Numbered from the stretch's first letter, positions 49,586 through 59,242 are shown. The stretch is 64,000 nucleotides of DNA from an uncultured bacterium (GCA_965372795.1 CBDVDR010000004.1:64001-128000); one strand, 5' to 3'. The notes: generated from the letters alone by a model not told the origin. A program made the numbers and translations.

Positions 49586-50116
49586 TTATTTTCTCTTTAG
49601 AACATTTCTGTTACATGAGAAAAAATCCTTTTCAGGCATTGCCAGATCAAAATTAGAATGGTATTCATCCTGACTTATAATTACATAAGTAATACGTGCC
49701 CGCAATCCGGTGGGACCATTTTCAACCTGTTCAGTAACAAAAACGAAAGTCTTTCCATCAGCAGAGATTGAATCAAGGACATATTGATTAACAAATCCTT
49801 CGACATTAAACTGACGATAAACAAATTTATTACGGTTTTTATCAAAACTAATAAAACCATGATCTTCATGTACTTCACCTTTGGGATTCTTGTCCTGCGG
49901 TTCAAATACGGCTTTTGTTGAAACTTCAAAATATTTATTCTGTAAAGTTAAGTTATTTTTGATGGTCAGTGTTGAAGTACCCGATAGTCACTCGCCTGTG
50001 CCTTGCCATTCTCCCTCAAAAAACTTGAATGATGCCCACACATCCTCTTTGGAATCTTCCTGTGCAAATGCAATTACAGGCAAAAGTATCAATAAAATTA
50101 ATATTTTTTTCATCAT
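49586..50116 (-). pseudogene. Secreted lipocalin/nitrobindin-like beta-barrel protein gene interrupted by one in-frame TGA
   Basis: Manual translation: MMKKILILLILLPVIAFAQEDSKEDVWASFKFFEGEWQGTGE*LSGTS...PQDKNPKGEVHEDHGFISFDK...RQFNVEGFVNQY...RK-TAA; TGA at 49990-49988 (codon 43 of 177). Confidence 0.8.
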
Positions 50117-50238
50117 TCCCTTACTTTTTTTTTGAAATTACATTCAATGTCAGATTATTTTTATAAGTATACACTACAATAATTGACAGTTCAAGCTATA
50201 ATTAAATATCGCTGAATTATAAAGAGGATTAAAATTTG

Positions 50239-51012
50239 TTACTTCACTAAGCCCCTGGTAGAGGATTCGATAAAATCTAAAACTGTTTGAACTTCATCAA
50301 CAATTTCAACTTCACTTTTAATTCTTTCAACTGCTTGAGAAGTATTCAAATTACTGAAGAATAAAATCTTGAAAGTATTCTGAAGAGCTTTAATTGATTC
50401 TAATTTAAATCCGCGTCTTTTCAAACCGATCAAGTTCAAACCGGCTATTTTTAGGGGATATCCACCGACAAGGGAATACGGCACTATGTCTTGTTGCGCT
50501 CTAAAACCACCGCCAACCATTGCATGGCAGCCAATCTTTACAAACTGATGAACCGGAAGTACCCCGCCTAATATGGCAAAGTCACCAACTTCGATATGTC
50601 CGGCAAGATTTACAGAATTTGCCATAATAACATTGTCTCCGATAATACAATCGTGAGCCACATGCGAATAAGCCATCAGTAAACAATTTTCACCAACAAC
50701 CGTTTTGAACGAGTAATCGGTTCCACGATTAAATGTCACGTATTCACGAATAACGGTGTTATCACCAATTATCGCTTTGGTTTCTTCATCCCCGAATTTC
50801 AAATCCTGTGGAACAGTGCTGATTACGGCACCCTGAAAAACTTTGACATTTCTGCCAAGCTCGGCTCCATCGGCAAGTTGTACCATGGGACCGATCTGAG
50901 AACCTGCTCCGATCTTTACTTTATCTTCAATAATTGCATAAGGACCGATTGAAACATTATCACCGATCTCCGCTTTGGAAGAAACTATTGCTGTTTTATG
51001 AATATTTGTCAT
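50239..51012 (-). CDS. lpxA: UDP-N-acetylglucosamine acyltransferase
   Basis: Hexapeptide repeats, PQDLKF, IREYVT, AYSHVAHDC, VHQF, GLKRRGF. Confidence 0.96.
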   Translation of the reverse strand: MTNIHKTAIVSSKAEIGDNVSIGPYAIIEDKVKIGAGSQIGPMVQLADGAELGRNVKVFQGAVISTVPQDLKFGDEETKAIIGDNTVIREYVTFNRGTDYSFKTVVGENCLLMAYSHVAHDCIIGDNVIMANSVNLAGHIEVGDFAILGGVLPVHQFVKIGCHAMVGGGFRAQQDIVPYSLVGGYPLKIAGLNLIGLKRRGFKLESIKALQNTFKILFFSNLNTSQAVERIKSEVEIVDEVQTVLDFIESSTRGLVK

Positions 51013-52400
51013 CTGTCTACCACCATTGCCATAAAGTCAGCCGAAGCTACTAATTTATCTTCGACATACGCTTTGCCTGTCATCTTGCATGTATTCCTTC
51101 TAAAAGCCTGCATCTCAAGTTCGAATCTTAGTTGATCTCCCGGTTCGACCGGGCTGCGAAATTTGGCTTTATCAATTGACATAAAGTAAACAACTTTTGA
51201 TTGAGGGTCAGAAATTGCATTTAATAATAACACTCCACCTGCTTGAGCCATGGCTTCCAAAATTAGAACTCCCGGCATAATCGGATGCCCCGGAAAATGT
51301 CCCTGAAAAAATGGTTCGTTGATAGTAACATTTTTCATCGCCACAACTTTCTTTTCCGGCACTAAATCCAAAATTCTATCAATTAGCAAGAATGGGTAAC
51401 GATGCGGCATAATTTTCAGGATGGAATTTATATCAAAAAGAGCAGCACTTTTTTTAGAACTGAATTTACCGGCAATTTTTTTCTTCTTGTAAAGCTCACG
51501 CATTTTTTTTGCCAGAGCAACATTCGCCTTGTGCCCACTTCGGGCAGCAAGTACGTGTCCTTTAAATGGTACGCCAATTAATAAGAGATCACCCAATAAA
51601 TCCAATGTCTTATGTCGGACCGGTTCATTGTAAAACCTAAGCGGTATATCATTAATAATTCCCGTTTCGCCAACAAATGCTTTTCCTTTTATATTCAAGG
51701 CGTTTTTAATTCGATCAACTTCTATTTGTCCCAAATCTGAATCATAAATTACAATTGCATTATCCAGACCGCCGCCTTTGATCAGACCGGCACTTTTAAG
51801 CATCTCGACCTCAGTCAGAAAACAAAAAGTTCGGGCAGGGGCAAATTCATTTACGAATTCCTTTTCAAGGTCAACCAGGGTTGTATACTGGGTGCCTAAA
51901 GCAGGATTTTTATAATCTATCAAAAAAGTTATGCGAAGATCATCAGATGGCGTTACAACCAAATCAACATTACGATCCGATTCGCTGTATGCCATGGGTG
52001 AGTCGATCTCAAGATAATATTTATCTTCATCCTGAGTTTCAATGCCTGCTTCAAGAATAATATCAACATATGGTTTTGCTGACCCATCCCCAACCGGAGG
52101 TTCAGACTCGTCAAGTTCGACTATCATATTATCCAACTGCAAGCCGGCAAATGCCGCAAGAACATGTTCAACAGTATGGACTTTGGTCTCACCTTGCTGA
52201 AGGGTTGTCCCACGCGAAATATCAACCACATGATCAACATCAGCCTGAATCCATGGTTGGTCTTTCATGTCAGTGCGGACAAACCTGATCCCGGTATTCG
52301 GATCAGCCGGTTTAAATGTCATTTTGCAACTATTTCCGGTATGAAGTCCGACACCGGAGATAGATATTTCTTTTTTTATCGTGCGTTGTTTATCGTACAT
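51009..52400 (-). CDS. lpxC-fabZ: Bifunctional LpxC-FabZ fusion
   Basis: GVGLHTG, TVEH, ARTF, HKTLDLLGD (LpxC); MPHRYPFLLID, FFQGHFP..PIMPGVLILEAMAQ (FabZ). Confidence 0.97.
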   Translation of the reverse strand: MYDKQRTIKKEISISGVGLHTGNSCKMTFKPADPNTGIRFVRTDMKDQPWIQADVDHVVDISRGTTLQQGETKVHTVEHVLAAFAGLQLDNMIVELDESEPPVGDGSAKPYVDIILEAGIETQDEDKYYLEIDSPMAYSESDRNVDLVVTPSDDLRITFLIDYKNPALGTQYTTLVDLEKEFVNEFAPARTFCFLTEVEMLKSAGLIKGGGLDNAIVIYDSDLGQIEVDRIKNALNIKGKAFVGETGIINDIPLRFYNEPVRHKTLDLLGDLLLIGVPFKGHVLAARSGHKANVALAKKMRELYKKKKIAGKFSSKKSAALFDINSILKIMPHRYPFLLIDRILDLVPEKKVVAMKNVTINEPFFQGHFPGHPIMPGVLILEAMAQAGGVLLLNAISDPQSKVVYFMSIDKAKFRSPVEPGDQLRFELEMQAFRRNTCKMTGKAYVEDKLVASADFMAMVVDR

Positions 52401-52513
52401 ATTATCACCTTAATTTGCCTCGAAAATACGAAGAACAACGCACTGACTCAAGTAATTATTTTGTATGTTTTAGTAAAATAGATATCAGAGCCAAAAAAAA
52501 CATCACAATTGGC

Positions 52514-52771
52514 TCAAATATCCTTTAATGATTTGACCTTGCGTAACTTACGAAACAAGGAAATGTACTCCTTGACCATGATTTCTTCTGCATCAGACAA
52601 CCCTTCCATCATCGGAATACCAATTTTTAGTACTGCGCGAACCATATCAGCAGTTGTGCGATCATATTTTGTCGCCAGATTTTTCAATCGGCCTTTTAAT
52701 TCATAGGTTATAAAAATACTTAAACAATGAGTGCCTTTTGATTTTTTAGCCTGTTTTAGTTCAGAATTCAT
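52514..52771 (-). CDS. Ribbon-helix-helix (CopG-like) protein
   Basis: CLSIFITYELKGRLKNLATKYDRTTADMVRAVLK beta-alpha-alpha pattern; SD AAGGA. Confidence 0.7.
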   Translation of the reverse strand: MNSELKQAKKSKGTHCLSIFITYELKGRLKNLATKYDRTTADMVRAVLKIGIPMMEGLSDAEEIMVKEYISLFRKLRKVKSLKDI

Positions 52772-52786
52772 TTTCTATTCCTTTTT

Positions 52787-53335
52787 TTATAAGTGAAATT
52801 TTGCGTGGTATTGTTCATGCCCGATCAAAAGTTGAGGAGATCTGATTTTGATTTCAAATTTATTCATTATCTGGTCGATCACCGGTTTCCAGATTTCCTT
52901 TTTATCCCGATTTACGATAATTTGATTTATTAGATGACAGTGTTCAGAATTACAAATTATACAATTTGTCTCAAATTCTGGTTTTAGCCCGTATTGTTCG
53001 CTTACAAATTGAGTCAGTTCCTTTTTTAATTTTTTAAAAGCTCTGGTTTTGATTGCTTCAAGCATGGAAATCGTCTTTCCGGATTTTTCAGAAATTTCAC
53101 GGTATGTTCTGCCCATGTAATATAATCTTATAATTAGTTCCTTTTCATCCACAGTTAATGCTTTTAAGGCGTTTTGCACGGCATGTCTAACTTTTTGAGC
53201 TTCAGTCTGATTCTTAGTTATTAAATCCGAATCTTGATTTGGATAGTTTTTTGATAGTTTATCAATTGATATCAATTCCGGGGTGCAGCCAATTTCAACC
53301 AGCCAATTACTATAGACAGTTCTTTTTTTTCCCAT
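52787..53335 (-). CDS. Sigma70 region-4-like HTH protein with C-terminal CxxC...HxxxH putative zinc site
   Basis: ALTVDEKELIIRLYYMGRTYREIS...KTRAFKKLK; CIICNSEHC...GHEQYH; ATG 53335 has SD AGGAG (track start 53353). Confidence 0.8.
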   Translation of the reverse strand: MGKKRTVYSNWLVEIGCTPELISIDKLSKNYPNQDSDLITKNQTEAQKVRHAVQNALKALTVDEKELIIRLYYMGRTYREISEKSGKTISMLEAIKTRAFKKLKKELTQFVSEQYGLKPEFETNCIICNSEHCHLINQIIVNRDKKEIWKPVIDQIMNKFEIKIRSPQLLIGHEQYHAKFHL

Positions 53336-53586
53336 TTTTCTCCTTTTTATCAAGAAAAACAGGAAAAAACAGAGATATGTCTACACCATCCGTATCACTT
53401 CAAAATTGAGAAAATTGATGAGGTTATATCACATGAATCACTTTTTTTTGAAATTAGAATTCAAATAATTTCAGAATTGACCGATTTATTTAAGATAAAG
53501 GATTTAATCAGGAATCTTTCATTTTAGCTTGAATCCCGATTTTTCCTATTTATGTTGTTTATAAAATTGTTATACAGGGATTAATT

Positions 53587-54351
53587 TTGACCGAATTGGA
53601 ACGTACAGAAGTATTCAGACCTGATTTTGATCCATCAGGTTCTTTTAATCAATTTAAAGAATGGTCTAACAATCTTAATTTCAGAACTTCGAAACTTACC
53701 TATGTTTCACTATTCTTTCTGATTATTGCCTATCCAATGATGTCCATAGGATTTGTTGATGACCCGACTCAAATGCTCAAGTCATTGAATCCGGGCACAC
53801 TTATGTTCCTGCTTATTTCGACAATTATAATGCAATGGACTATTTTTTTACTTCTATATGTTTCGGTTTTCCGGGAAAATACAGGACTTGCCGGAATAGG
53901 TTTGAAAAAAATCCGAGGTGTGGATTTTTTATATGCAATTGCATTTTTACTCTCGGCAAATCTTATCTTAACCGGACTGGCTTGGTTTTTAGCTAAAATC
54001 GGGCTTCCAATGCCAGGTGAAATAGGCTTGCTTATTCCAGAAGATCCATTTGGACGGGGAGTCTGGGTGGCAGTCTCATTTACAGCCGGTTTTTGTGAAG
54101 AGACAGCCTTTCGCGGTTACCTGATGACACGGTTGCGGATTATAGGAAAATTCCCTTCCTGGATAATTCCTACAATTATCTCAGCTGTTGTTTTCGGTGC
54201 CTGTCATGCTTATCAAGGCTGGCCCGGATTTATTGTAATTTCTACCTATGGTCTTATGTTCTCGCTATTATATCTCCGCACAAAAACATTATGGCCCCTG
54301 ATAATTGCTCATTTTTTCCAGGATTTTGGAGCCTTGTTCTTCCCTCATTAA
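53587..54351 (+). CDS. CPBP/Abi intramembrane metalloprotease
   Basis: CEETAFRG, FGACHAYQG, AHFFQD. Confidence 0.9.
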   Translation: MTELERTEVFRPDFDPSGSFNQFKEWSNNLNFRTSKLTYVSLFFLIIAYPMMSIGFVDDPTQMLKSLNPGTLMFLLISTIIMQWTIFLLLYVSVFRENTGLAGIGLKKIRGVDFLYAIAFLLSANLILTGLAWFLAKIGLPMPGEIGLLIPEDPFGRGVWVAVSFTAGFCEETAFRGYLMTRLRIIGKFPSWIIPTIISAVVFGACHAYQGWPGFIVISTYGLMFSLLYLRTKTLWPLIIAHFFQDFGALFFPH

Positions 54352-54396
54352 AATTAACTCTTTGGATGTATCAGTTTTTTATATATCTTAAATTCT

Positions 54397-55434
54397 ATGA
54401 ACAGAAGTAATGCATCTTGGGGAATTTTATTATTATTCAGTACAATTTTTATACTTCTGAATTTTACAGCAACGGCCTCTGATAAATTCACTATTTCCAT
54501 CAGCCCAATTATGGAACAGAGTTATGGATCGACCGATTATGAACTTGATCTTCAATTCTTCGACTATGATTCTGACAGTATTATCGTTCTAAGAAGAATT
54601 ATTTCTCTTCTTGAATTTCCATTAGATATAACTCAGGGCGGTTTTAATCTTAGTATAAACTCAGCCATCACTCAGGATAAATTCTGGTTTGCAGAATTAC
54701 AATTTTTATCAGGCTTAACAAATCCAACAAAATTGATGAAAGACCATGACTGGGACAAAGCAGTGGGACGATTTGATACTAAATTCAGTTATACAGAATC
54801 AAAGCCAAAGAATTCTTCGATTACTATTATTCTCGAAGCTGGTAAAGAAATTTTTAGTATTGGAAAGATAAGAAACGGAATCCTGCTTGGTCTAAGATAT
54901 CAAAAAATAAATCAGGATATTGACAACTTTGATGGTTGGCAAAAACGATTTGATCCAATCGCTTATAATTGGGTGGATTCAAGTGATTTTGAGAATGATA
55001 CTCTAGCTCTTGCTCTTACCTATGAAGTTTCTTATTTGAGACCAGAATTTGGGATAATCAGCTTAGTCGATTTATCAAATTCTATTAGATTATCCCTAAA
55101 ATCAGCTTATACCCCTGTTTTTGCTAAAGATGAAGATGACCATATCCTCCGCAAGAAACTATCTATCTCTAAAGGTAATGGTAACGGCTTTATCTCAAAC
55201 TTTAAAATTGAATTTCTTCCTAAAACTTCACCCAAAAAGACTGTACCATTTATTAGTTTTTATAGTGAATATTCTTATCTCAATGTTAAAACTAATCAAA
55301 CCCAAACATGGTATGGAGATGACCCTGCTTCCCCAGGAATTGATGATACTGGCACAGAAATAAGTGGCGTACCCCATGAAATCGAATCAACCCAGATAAA
55401 AATTGGGCTCCAGCTTGGCTTTAGATTTCAATAG
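54397..55434 (+). CDS. Omptin-family outer-membrane protease
   Basis: Signal peptide, SLLEFPLD, MKDHDW (DxD), DEDDHILR (DxH), C-terminal LGFRFQ beta-signal. Confidence 0.75.
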   Translation: MNRSNASWGILLLFSTIFILLNFTATASDKFTISISPIMEQSYGSTDYELDLQFFDYDSDSIIVLRRIISLLEFPLDITQGGFNLSINSAITQDKFWFAELQFLSGLTNPTKLMKDHDWDKAVGRFDTKFSYTESKPKNSSITIILEAGKEIFSIGKIRNGILLGLRYQKINQDIDNFDGWQKRFDPIAYNWVDSSDFENDTLALALTYEVSYLRPEFGIISLVDLSNSIRLSLKSAYTPVFAKDEDDHILRKKLSISKGNGNGFISNFKIEFLPKTSPKKTVPFISFYSEYSYLNVKTNQTQTWYGDDPASPGIDDTGTEISGVPHEIESTQIKIGLQLGFRFQ

Positions 55435-55741
55435 CCTGTATAACAATCACTTACGAGCAGTTTAAGGTTTTCGTCTCTATTTGTTTTGCTGATTATTTCA
55501 TTTATATTAGACCAGTGAAATTGGCTTAAATTATTACGTTATAATGAATAAGAAGTAACAATGGGAACCAAATCCCGTATAGAAAACAGTGCCCGGAGGG
55601 CTTAAAAGAATTAGTTGAACAATTGACAAAGGATGTTTAAATTGTCGCATAATGTTTATGATGGTCAAATTGATTTAGAAAGTAAATTGTTTTGTGAAGA
55701 TCCCTGGGACAGTCGGGACAACTAAACATCATGGTGCTAAA

Positions 55742-57844
55742 ATGAAACGTCTTTTTGTATATTTAATTTTACCATTGATTATGAGTCATAATGTTTTATT
55801 GGCTCAGTCAACCATCCCTCCTGATGAGGATGTTGATTCTGATCGTGAAGCTATAACCATTGTGCTCGATCCAAAACTATTGGAATTAGCTGAAAATTAT
55901 GTTTATATGTTGGATCAACTTGAAGCAATCACTTCTGATTATTCAAAATACTTCTCAAAATATTCAACTCTGAAAAACGCTGAATATATTACCATTCTTG
56001 AGAAAATCACTAAATCAATTGGAAAAGGGATTTATTATAAAGATCTAAAACAATTAAAGATCGATATTCAAAAACTTAAAAAATCATTTAATCACAACGA
56101 TCAAAAGAAATCTCGTAATGACAAAGATTATAAATCATATAGACTTGCTGAAGAATTAAGTGAAGACATTCTTACTTTTGAAGAGTTCTATTATGAAGAT
56201 ATGGAATCCGAATTTGAAGAATATGACAATCTTGAAAATCTTCAACTATATCTGCTCAGCAAAAAACTAAACCGCCAAAATAGATATGAATCAAACGATA
56301 AAGTAAATCTCATAAATGAAATACTCGACAAAGAACGCGAATTAGCCGCTCTTAAAACTAAACTTTATAAAACTGAAAAATATTTAAATGCTTCAGAAGA
56401 TTCAATAAATAACAATGATCAGTCTCATCCAACTGAGATTCACATTGCTCCAACATTCAGATTTATGGACGAAACCGAACCATTTGTAGTTGTTGAAACA
56501 GTTCATATTGAAATGCCCGAAATTTTGATTTCACTCGAGGATTTCCCCGATCTTGCTGATTTACAAGACCTCGCTGATGTCCCTGATGTAAATATCATCT
56601 TCCATAGTGATGAAGAAGGTATAATCACTACCTCTATTGATGTCGGCACAGATTATTCTGCTATACGTATTAAAGAACGAAAAGCTATTTACAAAAGGGA
56701 CAAGGGTAACTATGTCCACCTGAGAGCCCTTATTGACAGCAGTAAATCAATTTCTTCAAATACTCCAATCCATATCAACAATCCTACCGGTGATGTTTAT
56801 ATAGAAGGTTGGAATGAAGATTATGTTCTTGCAAATGCTGACATTACAGTTTCGGCAGCCTCCTCAAAAAAAGCTGAAAAATTTATTGATCATATCGATT
56901 TGGAAATTTACAACAAGTTTGGGAAATTATATGTTAACACCGAGATCCCGGAACTAACTGATCCCGGAACTAAAATTGTTAGCTATTCGATAATCATTCA
57001 AGTCCCCGAATCCAATCCTGTTATCTGTCGAAATACTTACGGAACGGTCAAAGTTCTTGGCACCGAAAATGATGTGACCCTAAAAACTGAGTATTCAGAC
57101 ATTACCGTATCAGACATAAGCGGAAATTTGTATTTAGTTAATAATGACGGTAGTTGTACGATTAGAAATATTGAAGGTGAGATAAATCTCAAAAATTCTA
57201 ATGGAAGAGTTGCTCTTTTCACGTGCGAAGGATTTTATAAGATCGAGACTAAATTCCAAACTGTTGAATTGGATGGATGTGAAGGAGACGGAACCATCAC
57301 AAGCTATAGTGGAAATGTAAATATTTCAAATCATTATGGGGATCTTAAAATTAAAAATACCAAGGGACCTTTAAAAGTAACTAATTACGAAGGTGAAATC
57401 GAGGTTGCAAGTACTTATGGTTCCGTTACCCTTGCAAATATTTCAGGCAAGGTTACAGTTGCTAATTCATTTGCCAATATTATTGGAGATAATATTGATG
57501 GTGACATTAATCTATCCAATTTATATTCTACAATCTCTTTAAGAAATTTTTATGGTCCTACAAGGATAACCAATAACCAAGGTTCAACAATTTTATTCCT
57601 TGACGATGACCTTAACGGCGATGCTTCTATCAACTCTACTTCAGGTAGCATTATTTTAAAATTAGGCTTTGAACCTGACATGATCTTATCGGCAACTACC
57701 ATAAATGGAGAAATTATTACTCCATTACCATTCAAGATTAAAACAAAAGGTGAACTCAAGACATTGAATCATACTTTTGGAGCGGGTGATTATCGGCTGG
57801 ACATCACAGGCGACAAATCATCTATTGTGATTTCAGAAGAATAA
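55742..57844 (+). CDS. Secreted DUF4097 beta-strand-repeat protein with a long helical N-terminus
   Basis: Signal peptide MKRLFVYL..., repeated IxGxIxLxNxxGxV units; track start 55694. Confidence 0.8.
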   Translation: MKRLFVYLILPLIMSHNVLLAQSTIPPDEDVDSDREAITIVLDPKLLELAENYVYMLDQLEAITSDYSKYFSKYSTLKNAEYITILEKITKSIGKGIYYKDLKQLKIDIQKLKKSFNHNDQKKSRNDKDYKSYRLAEELSEDILTFEEFYYEDMESEFEEYDNLENLQLYLLSKKLNRQNRYESNDKVNLINEILDKERELAALKTKLYKTEKYLNASEDSINNNDQSHPTEIHIAPTFRFMDETEPFVVVETVHIEMPEILISLEDFPDLADLQDLADVPDVNIIFHSDEEGIITTSIDVGTDYSAIRIKERKAIYKRDKGNYVHLRALIDSSKSISSNTPIHINNPTGDVYIEGWNEDYVLANADITVSAASSKKAEKFIDHIDLEIYNKFGKLYVNTEIPELTDPGTKIVSYSIIIQVPESNPVICRNTYGTVKVLGTENDVTLKTEYSDITVSDISGNLYLVNNDGSCTIRNIEGEINLKNSNGRVALFTCEGFYKIETKFQTVELDGCEGDGTITSYSGNVNISNHYGDLKIKNTKGPLKVTNYEGEIEVASTYGSVTLANISGKVTVANSFANIIGDNIDGDINLSNLYSTISLRNFYGPTRITNNQGSTILFLDDDLNGDASINSTSGSIILKLGFEPDMILSATTINGEIITPLPFKIKTKGELKTLNHTFGAGDYRLDITGDKSSIVISEE

Positions 57845-57898
57845 AAAAAGCCGGCTTTCGAAATAAAAACCGACCTCACATTAAATTATCAATCATAT

Positions 57899-59215
57899 TT
57901 ATTGTGTCACAACTACTTTAGAATCGACGATTTCGATCTCTTTGAGTTGTTTCTTAATTTTATTTTCTATATCGATTATATAAGTATCATCATGATAAAT
58001 AATCGTCTCAAAGGTTGAAAGTTTTTTCAATTCAGACATAACCGTTGTGATAGTATCTACTCCGTTTGCAATAACTCTCATGGCATTCACAACAGTATTA
58101 GAAGAATCATTTACTTCGCCTCTTTCTACGGACAACTCCACCAATTGCGCCCGACCAAGTATTGTAGCAACAGCATTATTTACATAATGATTTAAAGTTG
58201 CTGTAATAGTTCTTAAAGCCTCTAACGCAGCTTTTTGAAGTTTTTCCTGAGCAATTTGTTCATTTAGACTTTTATTCTCAGCTAACAGAGTTTCAACATT
58301 TGCATACTGTTCATATAACATCCGATTGGCTTCAACCATCAACTCCTCGGAGGAACCTATTTCAATATCAAGGAAACTTGCTTCTTTTGCAGTTTTATCA
58401 AAAAGTTCCTTTTGGATTTTAGTAAGCTGATCAACTTCGAGACTTAGGTTTTGGCAAAGTATATTTTTACATTCTAATTCATGCGGTTTTACATGGTTAT
58501 TTTTTGTTAAAGAAAATTTCGAGATTCGACAGGCAAGTGATATAATTTGCGGAAGTTTAAATTCCTCATCATTATTACCCGGAGAAAATTCGTTTTGATA
58601 AAGACCGATTGCTTCACAAATCTTTTCTGGCAGATTCCACTGCTCCATCAAGAAACGACCAACCCGAGCATGGTTTGTACCCCAGGTTCTGTCTTCTAAC
58701 TCAAAAATATCATCACCCGATTCAGCCTGCTGCCATATTCGACTGAATTTATCTGGGAATGATTTTTCCATAATCAATAATCCGATATCATGAATCAACC
58801 CGGAGATAAATGCTTCTTCAGGGCTTTTATAATTTATTGCTTCAGCAATATCACGAGCTGCTATTGCGACTTCTAATGAGTGCCGCCAAAACCGCACTCT
58901 ATCAATTGAAGTTTCCCAGTCACCCGTTATATGATAGATAGAAGTCGACAAAGTTAAAGCTGAGACCGCTCTCATCCCCAAGGTCATAACAGCCTGAGAA
59001 ATAGTGGTAACTTCTCGACTAACGCTATAGAACGGAGAATTAACAACTCTTAAAACTTTAGTAACCAGAGCAGGGTCATGCTTTAAAACTTCAGCAAGTT
59101 CACCCATTGATGAATTTTCATCCCGAACTACTCTTATTACTTCAGAAAGAGTTTGTGGCAATGATGAAAGCTCTTTGTGCTCATCAAGTATTTTTTCGAA
59201 AAAGTCCTTATTCAT
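57899..59215 (-). CDS. HDOD domain protein with C-terminal HisKA-like helix pair
   Basis: LSSLP, DPALVTKVLRVVNSPFY, FWRHS, GLIHDIG; TLNHYVNNAVATILGRAQL. Confidence 0.9.
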   Translation of the reverse strand: MNKDFFEKILDEHKELSSLPQTLSEVIRVVRDENSSMGELAEVLKHDPALVTKVLRVVNSPFYSVSREVTTISQAVMTLGMRAVSALTLSTSIYHITGDWETSIDRVRFWRHSLEVAIAARDIAEAINYKSPEEAFISGLIHDIGLLIMEKSFPDKFSRIWQQAESGDDIFELEDRTWGTNHARVGRFLMEQWNLPEKICEAIGLYQNEFSPGNNDEEFKLPQIISLACRISKFSLTKNNHVKPHELECKNILCQNLSLEVDQLTKIQKELFDKTAKEASFLDIEIGSSEELMVEANRMLYEQYANVETLLAENKSLNEQIAQEKLQKAALEALRTITATLNHYVNNAVATILGRAQLVELSVERGEVNDSSNTVVNAMRVIANGVDTITTVMSELKKLSTFETIIYHDDTYIIDIENKIKKQLKEIEIVDSKVVVTQ

Positions 59216-59242
59216 ATTCGATAAATCCCTTATTTAATGCTT

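Noticed and set aside
49988..49990. TGA recoding (genetic code 4/25) or selenocysteine at the in-frame stop
   Set aside because: TGA ends genuine genes in this window (guaA, ECF sigma, nadB). The context is a Gly-type turn, not a Cys site, and I see no obvious SECIS hairpin downstream.
51009..52400. LpxC-FabZ fusion as a novelty
   Set aside because: This fusion is already well known in Bacteroidota/Chlorobiota and related lineages.
52514..53335. Prophage remnant or classical type II toxin-antitoxin pair
   Set aside because: No integrase, structural genes or att-like repeats, and the RHH partner has no recognisable toxin fold.
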